37,910 nt of DNA. Origin: a virus (Duplodnaviria; Caudoviricetes). The position numbers were made by a program, and so were the translations under genes. Each line of letters starts with the position of its first letter. The stretch's first letter is position 1. Below are positions 1-7,759 of the stretch, piece by piece. The DNA lies in IMG/VR virus record IMGVR_UViG_3300011971_000004, positions 1 through 37,910 of that record, one strand, 5' to 3'. The notes beneath the pieces were generated by a model that did not search any database, was not told the origin of the DNA, and was given only the letters and a program-made list of their open reading frames with translations.

Positions 1-1
1 G

Positions 2-99
2 ATATAATAGTGAACCAAACAAATGTTCTGAATATAAAAGAACGGATGATCTGTAAGGGGGAAATAACATGGCAAAGAACATGAAGGAAGAAGATAGTT
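2..99. repeat. Terminal direct repeat, left copy (identical to 37813-37910); circular assembly overlap
   Basis: 98 bp exact match to the window end; base 1 (G) differs from base 37812 (T). Confidence 0.95.
17..51 (+). promoter_or_regulatory. Two putative LexA (SOS/Cheo) boxes
   Basis: AAAC-AAAT-GTTC (17-28) and GAAC-GGAT-GATC (40-51), each one mismatch from the Firmicute GAAC-N4-GTTC consensus, lying between the promoter and the RBS of ORF 69-344. Confidence 0.6.
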
Positions 100-344
100 T
101 TAAGAATGAATTCCTCAATGAGGAAGATGTACTAGTAGAAGTCAAAGTCAGTGACGATGAAGGAGAGGTATGGACCAGGCGAAAAATTAGTATGGTCGCC
201 GGTTTAAATGAATCAGGGCTTATGGCTGGCGAAATGTTTCAGTTTGGTGGCGAAAAGTATAGGGTTTTAAACGGTGAAGATGGGTTAATAGCTGAGCCGC
301 TAAAAGCCCCAGTTAGCGAGAAGAGATCGTCGAAGAAAAAGTAG
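69..344 (+). CDS. Hypothetical acidic protein, probably SOS-regulated
   Basis: 91 aa ORF, RBS AAGGGGG, preceded by LexA-like boxes. Confidence 0.75.
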   Translation: MAKNMKEEDSFKNEFLNEEDVLVEVKVSDDEGEVWTRRKISMVAGLNESGLMAGEMFQFGGEKYRVLNGEDGLIAEPLKAPVSEKRSSKKK

Positions 345-346
345 GG

Positions 347-467
347 AATAAAAAGCAAGGAAGCCCGCCCACCCCGACAAGAGTTCGCGGACTTCCTTCT
401 AAAAAACACACTTCCAAGGAAGAGGTTTCTATACTTCATTATATCCAAAATTAACCTCTTTCAGCAA
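347..467 (-). ncRNA. Putative antisense sRNA with its own sigma-A promoter
   Basis: Minus-strand TTGCTG-18-TATAAT (467-438), 12-bp hairpin (357-368/387-398) followed by a U-tract on the minus strand. Confidence 0.45.
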
Positions 468-492
468 GTGGAAAATGAAGGAGAATTGAGAT

Positions 493-687
493 ATGTTTGA
501 GATTACATTGAAAGACGCTAGGGAAAAGAAAGGGTATAGCACCGTGGTAGTAGCAAACCATTGCGGGATTAAAGAAGAACGTTACAGGGAATATGAGGAC
601 GATTTTGGAAAAACTCCGGCAAGGATTGCCTTTGCAATATGTTCCTTATTGAGAGTTAGTTTAGACAGTATTTATATAAGTGAATAA
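493..687 (+). CDS. XRE-family HTH protein
   Basis: LKDAREKKGYS..VANHCGI..YE..P...IAFAICSLLRVSLDSI pattern; RBS AAGGAG. Confidence 0.85.
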   Translation: MFEITLKDAREKKGYSTVVVANHCGIKEERYREYEDDFGKTPARIAFAICSLLRVSLDSIYISE

Positions 688-688
688 G

Positions 689-727
689 AAATAAGAACCG
701 AAGCCCTAAAGCCTCGGTTCTTATTTT
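689..727. terminator. Intrinsic terminator, probably bidirectional
   Basis: AAATAAGAACCGA ... TCGGTTCTTATTT inverted repeat. Confidence 0.8.
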
Positions 728-735
728 ATCATTTA

Positions 736-975
736 TGTGTGTAAAAATGTGTGTACGGTAATTTTTAAAGTGGTGCGGTCGAGAGGACTTGAACCTCCAT
801 GCCCTTGCGAGCACTAGAACCTGAATCTAGAGAAGTGTCATAGCTGACCCTGCATTATAGCCGATATCTTGTTTCTTCCTATATATTTAAGCACTCATTA
901 ATTTATACTTAGTTTGTATATATTTATGACACTAATTCACTTCTGCTACCTACGTGTGTGTGTATAATGTGTGTA
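736..975. mobile_element. attP region with integrase arm-type repeats
   Basis: Paired TGTGTGTA repeats at 736/748 and 957/968 flank the tRNA-derived core, immediately downstream of the integrase. Confidence 0.75.
771..830 (-). pseudogene. 3' portion of tRNA-Leu(CAG) = attachment core (attP)
   Basis: Minus strand reads CTAGA-TTCAGGT-TCTAG (anticodon CAG), a long variable arm, a GGTTCAAGTCC T-arm and ACCA end; D-arm and 5' acceptor strand are absent. Confidence 0.9.
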
Positions 976-1005
976 TATACGGACAAAAAAAGAAGCTCGG
1001 ATATC

Positions 1006-2172
1006 TTATCCTAGCTCCTTACCTCCTGGCTTTTCAGCTTTCTTGGAGAATACTCCTTCGATAACGACGGATGCCTGGCGATCCATGTCAGTGAGTACGT
1101 GTTGATATATTTCCCTAGTTGTTTGTACTTGGCTATGCCCCAATCTCCCTGAAGCCACCTTATCCGGAACTCCGTACTTCATCATGATAATTGCATTGAA
1201 GTGTCTTAGGTCGTGAAAACGCATATGAGGCAAGTTGTGTGTATCCAGGAGATTGCTAAAGTGTTTACTATAGGCATCGGGTTGAAACTCACTGAAAATC
1301 AATTCCGGCACAACCTTAAGGGTTGTTAGATATGTACTGATCGCGTCTGTAACGAAATTTGGAACAGAAATTGTCCTCGCACTTGTTTCGTTCTTTGGTT
1401 TTTTAATTATCCATTTTCCGTTAAATCTAACTTTAGTCTGGAAAATTGTTAATCTGTAGTTTATCGTATCAACATCAATAAATCTTAGGCCAAATATTTC
1501 TCCCCTTCGTAAACCACAGATACCAGCTAGTAAGATGAGGACTCCATCAAGCGTTGCCTTTGTCCCTTCCAGCAAAGCCCCAAAGCTCTCCTCCGTACAA
1601 ATAACCGGCTTGTATTTCTTTTTCTTTGGCTTCTTAACGCCTTGGCATGGATTATATTTTATAGTCCGGTTATTGATAGCGTCCTCAAATGCTCTATTGA
1701 GGAAACAATGTAATTTACCTATGGAATTCACTGACAATCCCTTTTTGGTCTTGCCATTTCCAAGATCAATGTCTTTCATTTTTTCGTTGTAAAACTCTTG
1801 AATCTGCATAGGCTTTATTTCTTTTATTTTAAAATTACCAAAGAATGGGTTAACGTGTACTCTTGTATACATTTCATAAAGTTCGCGAGTGGTTTCTTCT
1901 AAATTCTCATCGGCATATACCTTTAACCATTTTTTTAGATATTGTGCCATCGTATCATTAGATTCGTTGAGATATAAGTTGTTGTTTATTTCATATTCCA
2001 AATCTGTAATCTTAGCCTGGAGCTCTTTCCTTTGCTGAGCTGGTGTTTGGGTAGGGTCTCCGTAAAAAGGTTTTTGTCTACGTTCCCCGCCTGGGCCCCT
2101 TGGAAGTTCGACCACACCCCGATAACGCTTCCAAGCGTATGGGCCAGACTTTTCGACAAATATACTTCCCAT
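1006..2172 (-). CDS. int: Tyrosine integrase (prophage integrase)
   Basis: GLRRGEI, HDLRH, LGHS and terminal Y catalytic motifs; N-terminal arm-binding and SAM-like region; adjacent to attP. Confidence 0.95.
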   Translation of the reverse strand: MGSIFVEKSGPYAWKRYRGVVELPRGPGGERRQKPFYGDPTQTPAQQRKELQAKITDLEYEINNNLYLNESNDTMAQYLKKWLKVYADENLEETTRELYEMYTRVHVNPFFGNFKIKEIKPMQIQEFYNEKMKDIDLGNGKTKKGLSVNSIGKLHCFLNRAFEDAINNRTIKYNPCQGVKKPKKKKYKPVICTEESFGALLEGTKATLDGVLILLAGICGLRRGEIFGLRFIDVDTINYRLTIFQTKVRFNGKWIIKKPKNETSARTISVPNFVTDAISTYLTTLKVVPELIFSEFQPDAYSKHFSNLLDTHNLPHMRFHDLRHFNAIIMMKYGVPDKVASGRLGHSQVQTTREIYQHVLTDMDRQASVVIEGVFSKKAEKPGGKELG

Positions 2173-2175
2173 TAA

Positions 2176-2508
2176 TTACTCTCCCTCCTCTTCTGGTGAA
2201 TTCAAGAAGTGTAAATAGCGAACAGCCTCCTTTTTCTTGTTTTCATCCAATGTAGAAAATAACTCTTGAATTTTTTCTATCACAATCGGTTGCCTATCAT
2301 CCGTAAACCCGAACAAATAATCAAGGGATACTCCAAAATGGTCAGCAAGTTTCTTCAATACCCTCAATCCTGGCTCACTAGCACCGCGTTCGTATTTTGA
2401 AAGAAGAGATTTTGAAGAGCCAATAAACTGTGCAACCTCTTCTAGGGATTCATTTTTCTCTTTGCGAAGATCCTTTAATTTGCCTCCGATGTTTTCCAAC
2501 AGTTCCAT
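2176..2508 (-). CDS. CI/ImmR-like XRE repressor (110 aa, no peptidase domain)
   Basis: HTH_3 pattern (LKDLRKEK..SLEEVA..LSKYERG..EP..LADHFGVSLDYL); AGGAGG RBS supports the ATG at 2508. Confidence 0.9.
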   Translation of the reverse strand: MELLENIGGKLKDLRKEKNESLEEVAQFIGSSKSLLSKYERGASEPGLRVLKKLADHFGVSLDYLFGFTDDRQPIVIEKIQELFSTLDENKKKEAVRYLHFLNSPEEEGE

Positions 2509-2532
2509 TTGTAAGCCCTCCTTATATATATT

Positions 2533-2651
2533 ATTATACCTATAAAGTGTCATAAGTAAACACTTTTAATAACAAAAGTGTCATAAAGCATAAATATATT
2601 TATTGACATAATTCGCAACGAGATGTATTATAAAGGTGTCATAGGTGACAC
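2533..2651. promoter_or_regulatory. Divergent lysis/lysogeny promoters with GTGTCA-N4-TGACAC operators
   Basis: Rightward TTGACA-17-TATTAT (2603-2631); leftward TATAAT (2538-2533); operator-like sites at 2547, 2578 and 2636 (perfect). Confidence 0.8.
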
Positions 2652-2670
2652 AGAGAGGGGGGATGAGAGA

Positions 2671-2892
2671 GTGGCAATCAAAAAGAAACGGCCTAATGCA
2701 AGCCTTAAGGCGTTGCGGGCTTCATATGGTTTATCAATGTTAGCTATGTCGAAAATACTCGGTATTTCTGAAACATCTTACATGGCTAAGGAAAACAACA
2801 AGCGGGATTGGAGATCTTCAGAAATGTTCATGATGAGGAAGTTTTTTAAATTATCACTGGATGCAATTTTTTTTGGAGAAGAAGTGTCATAG
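2671..2892 (+). CDS. Cro-like XRE HTH protein
   Basis: LKALRASYGLS..MSKILGISETSYMAKENNKRDW..FFKLSLDAIF; divergent from CI; GTG start at 2671 after a G-rich RBS. Confidence 0.88.
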   Translation: MAIKKKRPNASLKALRASYGLSMLAMSKILGISETSYMAKENNKRDWRSSEMFMMRKFFKLSLDAIFFGEEVS

Positions 2893-2899
2893 ATGACAC
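2884..2899. promoter_or_regulatory. Perfect operator GTGTCA-TAGA-TGACAC overlapping the cro stop codon
   Basis: Same palindrome as 2636-2651. Confidence 0.7.
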
Positions 2900-2950
2900 A
2901 AATCGCCTAGTTTGCTAAAAAGAGAGCAAGGAAAAAGGAGGGCATATGAA

Positions 2951-3118
2951 ATGGAACAAGTCGAAATTAGGACAGATAAAGTAAAGGGACCTTGCCAGCG
3001 CTGCGAGAACAAGGAATGCGCATCGAACAAGGTCCCTCAAACGGAATGTGACTGTTGCATTATAACAGCGAGTCAGCCATTAGGAAAACAACTACTGGCA
3101 TACGGGGAGACTAATTAG
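2951..3118 (+). CDS. Small Cys-rich hypothetical protein
   Basis: ORF with AGGAGG RBS and a CxxC...CxCC pattern. Confidence 0.5.
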   Translation: MEQVEIRTDKVKGPCQRCENKECASNKVPQTECDCCIITASQPLGKQLLAYGETN

Positions 3119-3377
3119 CAGTATAACGCTTCCAAGGTATTCTACCCGGATCAGTATTAGCAAGGAACCCAACTATATCTTTTCTTCCATAATATTTTGG
3201 CGTGCCGCTTGAATCTTGAGACATTAGAATAATCGGCATACGTGGAAAAACGGTGCTAAAAGACCTTTGGGCACTTTCCCTATCAGTACTATTTTGTAGA
3301 ACATGTTGTTTTACAACAACGATAGCAAAAGTGATTCCTTGTTCCTTAATAACGGCACCATCAATTTGATAACTCAT
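3111..3377 (-). CDS. Hypothetical protein, counter-oriented moron
   Basis: 88 aa, GAGGTGA RBS, own SigH-like promoter. Confidence 0.75.
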   Translation of the reverse strand: MSYQIDGAVIKEQGITFAIVVVKQHVLQNSTDRESAQRSFSTVFPRMPIILMSQDSSGTPKYYGRKDIVGFLANTDPGRIPWKRYTAN

Positions 3378-3425
3378 AACATTCACCTCTCTTCGCATCG
3401 ACATAGTTAGTCTGGACAACTACCA

Positions 3426-3452
3426 TTTCGACACGATAGAGGGAAAACCTGT
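3426..3452 (-). promoter_or_regulatory. SigH-like promoter overlapping a Spo0A box
   Basis: ACAGGT-17-GAAA on the minus strand; TGTCGAA at 3433-3427. Confidence 0.5.
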
Positions 3453-3473
3453 AAATATTTCAAGGAGGAACTT

Positions 3474-4241
3474 ATGAGCAATTTAATTCCAATCGAATAC
3501 CAAGGCCAAAGGATTCTAACCACCGAGCAATTAGCTAAAGCGTACGAAACGGATAACAAGCACATTTCAGAGAATTACAGCAACAACGCGAACAGATATG
3601 TTTCCAACAAACACTTCTTTAGGGTTTCAGGAGAGAGCCTGATTAAGTTCAAAGAAGGGTATCCGAAAATTCCCGATACCCTTAAATTCACATCAGTCCT
3701 CTACCTCTGGACCGAAAAAGGAGCATGGCTCCATGCCAAATCTCTCAACACTGACAAGGCGTGGGAAGCATACGAAATGCTGGTTGATGATTATTACGCG
3801 ATAAAGCAATCAGTCGCCCCCATCCAAAACCTCAGCCCCCAACTTCAACTACTAATCTCCATGGAACTCAAGCAAAACGAAATGCAAAAGGAGATAGCTG
3901 AAAACAAAGAAGCAGTGCAAAGCATCCGCGATGTCGTATCCCTCAATACCACCAGCTGGAGAACCGACACCTCAACCCTGATCACTAAGATGGCACGGTC
4001 GCTAGGCGGGCTTGAACATATCAGTGATCTACGAAAAGAAAGCTACAAACTCCTAGATACCAGGTTTGGAGTAAGCCTTGAAATCAGATTAACGAGAAAG
4101 CGCGAAAGGATGGCGTTAGAAGGGGTTCGTAAGTCGAAGCTCAATGCACTCAACCACCTGGACGTGATCGCAGAGGACAAGAAGTTGGTAGAGGGCTATG
4201 TGGCGATTATCAAGGATATGGCGATTAAATACGGGATTTGA
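3474..4241 (+). CDS. ORF6N-domain antirepressor-like protein
   Basis: IEYQGQRILTTEQLAKAY...LYLWTEKGAWLHAKSLNTDKAW signature. Confidence 0.9.
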   Translation: MSNLIPIEYQGQRILTTEQLAKAYETDNKHISENYSNNANRYVSNKHFFRVSGESLIKFKEGYPKIPDTLKFTSVLYLWTEKGAWLHAKSLNTDKAWEAYEMLVDDYYAIKQSVAPIQNLSPQLQLLISMELKQNEMQKEIAENKEAVQSIRDVVSLNTTSWRTDTSTLITKMARSLGGLEHISDLRKESYKLLDTRFGVSLEIRLTRKRERMALEGVRKSKLNALNHLDVIAEDKKLVEGYVAIIKDMAIKYGI

Positions 4242-4285
4242 GTTTATCCGGTGCTGGTCGCCGAGGATTCAGTAAGGAGGAAATT

Positions 4286-4444
4286 ATGAGCTGTAAATGT
4301 GCTACCTTCAATCCTGATGATGGACGCTATGAATGTTCGGTTAGCGGTAGCGGATGTATGTATTTAATGCCTAACTCTAAAAGATGCGCCAAGGAATACG
4401 GAGAAGGACCTGACGTAAAAGATCAAGCAAGCGGGGAGGAATGA
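4286..4444 (+). CDS. Small Cys-rich phage protein
   Basis: AAGGAGG RBS before ATG 4286; CxC...C..C pattern. Confidence 0.65.
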   Translation: MSCKCATFNPDDGRYECSVSGSGCMYLMPNSKRCAKEYGEGPDVKDQASGEE

Positions 4445-4450
4445 ACCCCA

Positions 4451-4639
4451 ATGATCAAACAAATCCTCGAGCGAACCACCGGCCCGCTAACGACATCCCA
4501 ATTCCACGAACTCATGGATCTAACCACCACGGACATCCTTGTCAACGGCATCGGCTTCGGGAGATTGACCAGCCTTGGCAATGTGCTCCAAGTGGCAGAG
4601 ATTAGTTTTCGGATCCTGGAACGGTGTAGGGCAGCTTAA
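4451..4639 (+). CDS. Hypothetical protein
   Basis: ORF in the early operon, GGAGG RBS. Confidence 0.7.
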   Translation: MIKQILERTTGPLTTSQFHELMDLTTTDILVNGIGFGRLTSLGNVLQVAEISFRILERCRAA

Positions 4640-4661
4640 GAATTTGAGGGGAGGCTAACAA

Positions 4662-4934
4662 ATGTTAGAACCAGCGTTAACTCCAACTTGCAAATGCGGA
4701 CAACCAATGACCTTTAAAAAAGGCGTAATCAAAACCAAATGTACTAACCGACAATGCGGTATGACGTGGGAGCGTAGGCCAGACGGATTTTGGGCAATCG
4801 GAAACTTAACAACTTTATTTACCCCAATTTTCTCAAAGGAAAAGGTTTGTTCGGTCAGATCGCGCAAAGATCGCTACTCGAATTACCCAAAGGCCAAGCG
4901 CAAAAATGGGAGAAAGGCGGGATCAAGATGCTAA
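4662..4934 (+). CDS. Hypothetical zinc-ribbon protein
   Basis: CxC...CxxxxC, basic tail; GGAGG RBS. Confidence 0.65.
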   Translation: MLEPALTPTCKCGQPMTFKKGVIKTKCTNRQCGMTWERRPDGFWAIGNLTTLFTPIFSKEKVCSVRSRKDRYSNYPKAKRKNGRKAGSRC

Positions 4935-5233
4935 AGAAGATCGCAAAGGTTGTTCTCCAGCAGCTGCTTAAAGTTGATTGGCTCAAGTCCAAAGTAGGAT
5001 CACTCAAAAAGGCTCAGGAAAAGCGTCAAGATAACATTCTCTTTGCAAAGATCATGCACGCTGGGAGATCGGTCAGAGACCTCGATTCTATCAACCAAGA
5101 CACTTGTGACATCTTAAGAATCGTGGAGAGTGACGGGCTGTTTGTGGATTACCTGGGCGGGAATGTGGTTGGCCAAGGGTATGTAAATCCAGCGTTCATA
5201 GATTCTGTAAATTGGGGAGGGATGAAGAATTGA
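4928..5233 (+). CDS. Hypothetical protein
   Basis: ATG at 4928 overlapping the upstream stop. Confidence 0.6.
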   Translation: MLKKIAKVVLQQLLKVDWLKSKVGSLKKAQEKRQDNILFAKIMHAGRSVRDLDSINQDTCDILRIVESDGLFVDYLGGNVVGQGYVNPAFIDSVNWGGMKN

Positions 5234-5382
5234 AAAATCCAAAAGCACCAACCAAATCCCAAAAACTCCGCATGAAGGCACTTGGTCTAATCCCCGAAAA
5301 CTGGCTCATATCCAAGAACAGCACGACAGAGTTTGTTGTTGTGCATCGGGTGAGCGGAGAAGTCCGGAGGCTGGGAGCATGA
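5230..5382 (+). CDS. Small basic phage protein (DUF6906-like), absent from the ORF track
   Basis: TTG start with GGAGG RBS; MKNPKAPTKSQK..GLIPENWLISK..VHRVSGEVRRL. Confidence 0.75.
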   Translation: MKNPKAPTKSQKLRMKALGLIPENWLISKNSTTEFVVVHRVSGEVRRLGA

Positions 5383-5939
5383 ATCAAATATATTGGATCG
5401 GTTTCGCTAGAGAAGCAGGAAGAAGCAACCTACACCATCTATTCACGGCAAACGTAAAGGTCATAATGGGCGATCTTAGCACCACATCGGACGAAAAGGT
5501 AATCGAGATTGCCAGGGAGTTGATACGCATGGATAGGACCGAGATGGACGATTCCTTACCGATGGACGTGAAAAAGCCCCTGCTGCAAACAGAGGCCCCA
5601 AAAGAAAATTATCACCTAGATTGTAACATAGATTGGACCGAAATTAAATCATCTGAGAAAGCGTGGACACAAGAGGCATTAGACAATGCGATCATTGGCA
5701 TAGATTTGGCTAAAGTTGAATCCCTACTAGACTTCCCGCTGATCGAACGTGGACCATCGTGTAAAGAATGTAATTGCTTTAAGTGCAACAAGATGCCTGA
5801 TTGCCACATTCTATTTCCGACCGCTCAACACTTTTGCGAGAAGATATGCGGCGGAAAGATCGGTGTTGCCAATTGCGAGTATAGACCAAAAACAGAACCT
5901 ATGTGGACCTTGGATGAAATTATGAAGAGAGAGGGTTAA
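5379..5939 (+). CDS. Hypothetical protein with Cys-rich C-terminus
   Basis: 186 aa, coupled ATGA overlap. Confidence 0.7.
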   Translation: MNQIYWIGFAREAGRSNLHHLFTANVKVIMGDLSTTSDEKVIEIARELIRMDRTEMDDSLPMDVKKPLLQTEAPKENYHLDCNIDWTEIKSSEKAWTQEALDNAIIGIDLAKVESLLDFPLIERGPSCKECNCFKCNKMPDCHILFPTAQHFCEKICGGKIGVANCEYRPKTEPMWTLDEIMKREG

Positions 5940-5941
5940 GT

Positions 5942-7579
5942 ATGTTTGTAAAACACGTTGCGGTTAAAACATTTTGCGGAATAACTGAGCGAACAGTTGA
6001 CCTTGGAAAAGTTAATTATATATCAGGACGAAAGGGATGTGGCAAAACATCACTCGTGGAGGCGATTCAAAAAGCCTTTACTAACAAATCTGAACGAACC
6101 GAAATCGTCCATCACGGTGAGGAAGAAGCGACGATCTTCATTCAAACCGACACTGGGCTTGAGATTGACCGCAAAATACGCAGCGGAGGAAAGGCCGATT
6201 ATTTCAAGCTTAAGAAGCCTGGTGAAGCCATCCCCAGCACAGAGAAATATCTTAAGCAGTTTACCAGTGGCGATCTTTTCAAGCCCCTTGAATTTATAGG
6301 AAAGAGTCCAACCGAACAGGCAAAAATAATCCTTAATCTCTTGGAGATTCCCTGGACCATGGCCGACATATCAAACTGGTTTGGAGAGATCCCGGACTCT
6401 GTTAATTATTCAGCTCACATCCTCCAAGTGCTCGGGCAAATCGTCGCTTATTACTACGGCATAAGGGCCGCTAATAATCAAGAAATCGATGTCCTTAAAG
6501 CTCAGATCGCTGGCTATCGAAACGAACTCCCTCCGAACTATGACGGCGAGTTCTGGCGCGAACAAAAGGTTGCTGAGGCTTATAAAAAGGTAGCTGATGC
6601 CGAGCTGATCAATAAGCAGATAGATAGTGCCAAGAACCTGATTGAAGGGCTAGAAAGCCGTATTGCAATAATCAGGGCGGAGGCTGAGACAGAGAAGCAA
6701 AGCAAGATTAATCAGATGAATCAAAAGCGGAATGAGATCAAGGAGTTTAAGGCTTTTCTTGAAAATAAGATCGTTACTGCGCGGGAAACTATTGCCCAAT
6801 CAGATGCAAAAATAAAGCAATCTGAGGATGCTTTAGACTTGGAACTTGAACGCAAATTGCAACAATTAAAAGATGAATATGCAATTAAAAAGCAAGTAGC
6901 GAAGAGTTTAGTTAATGATGAAATAAACATGGCAGAACAAATAATCGTTAATTATCAACAATCTATAGCCACCAAAGACCAAGAGTTTTCCAACATTGAC
7001 GAACTCGAAGAACAATCATTGACCGCCATTGACGAAAAAGCGGACGAGATGGTCAAGACTGAAGATGCCAAGGTGGGGAATGCTCAAAAAACACTTGACG
7101 GGATTGAACGAGTCGAAGTTGAACCCCTCCGTATTGCGGCAGATGAGGTCGCTAAGATGCAAAGCTATCTGCGAGATTGGGATTTGATGTCGAGTATGAT
7201 CCGCGAGAAGTTGGCACCAAAAGAAGAGCTGTCCAAAACCCTTACTGCTCGAATAGAAAAGGGTCGCGAATTACCCAAAGAATTACTCAAGATTGCGGCG
7301 CTGCCAATCCCGGGAATCACGGTCGACGCTGACGGAAACATTCGGCAGGATGGAACGCTGATTGATGGGTTAAGCGAGGGAGAACAACTTGAATTAGCGT
7401 TTAGGGTTGCCAAGGCTCAGGCTGGAGAATTGAAACTTATTTGTCTGGACGGATGGAACAAGATTAATCCAAGTGACCGTGAGTGGATTGAGAAGGAAAT
7501 TGCTGAGGATGAGTACCAGTATATTTTGCTTGAGACAACTGATTCGGACCTGACTATTAATATTGAGGGGGCAATTTAG
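5942..7579 (+). CDS. SMC/SbcC-like ABC-type ATPase
   Basis: Walker A GRKGCGKTS, long coiled coil, LSEGE signature, Walker B LICLD. Confidence 0.88.
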   Translation: MFVKHVAVKTFCGITERTVDLGKVNYISGRKGCGKTSLVEAIQKAFTNKSERTEIVHHGEEEATIFIQTDTGLEIDRKIRSGGKADYFKLKKPGEAIPSTEKYLKQFTSGDLFKPLEFIGKSPTEQAKIILNLLEIPWTMADISNWFGEIPDSVNYSAHILQVLGQIVAYYYGIRAANNQEIDVLKAQIAGYRNELPPNYDGEFWREQKVAEAYKKVADAELINKQIDSAKNLIEGLESRIAIIRAEAETEKQSKINQMNQKRNEIKEFKAFLENKIVTARETIAQSDAKIKQSEDALDLELERKLQQLKDEYAIKKQVAKSLVNDEINMAEQIIVNYQQSIATKDQEFSNIDELEEQSLTAIDEKADEMVKTEDAKVGNAQKTLDGIERVEVEPLRIAADEVAKMQSYLRDWDLMSSMIREKLAPKEELSKTLTARIEKGRELPKELLKIAALPIPGITVDADGNIRQDGTLIDGLSEGEQLELAFRVAKAQAGELKLICLDGWNKINPSDREWIEKEIAEDEYQYILLETTDSDLTINIEGAI

Positions 7580-7759
7580 ATGAATGAAAAACTTAAAAGA
7601 CTCTTGGAATTGATTAAATTATTCAACTCAGCCGGCGCGCTTGAGGCTGAGTTCGAAGCCTTTATCGGATATGAAGACCCAATCGAAACCGTCGATGAGC
7701 TAATCGAGGCCATGGAAGACGAAATTAGTTATTGGGAAATTGAGGAGGAATCCAAATGA
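7580..7759 (+). CDS. Small acidic protein (59 aa), absent from the ORF track
   Basis: MNEKLKRLLELIKLF...EDEISYWEIEEESK; fills the gap with coupled start/stop. Confidence 0.7.
   Translation: MNEKLKRLLELIKLFNSAGALEAEFEAFIGYEDPIETVDELIEAMEDEISYWEIEEESK

Noticed and set aside
239-448. 69-aa minus-strand ORF as a type I toxin
   Set aside because: It starts within the -10 region of the putative antisense promoter, has no RBS, runs through the terminator and overlaps ORF 69-344.
771-850. Functional phage-encoded tRNA-Leu
   Set aside because: Similarity stops at the anticodon stem; there is no D-arm or 5' acceptor strand, so it is an att core only.
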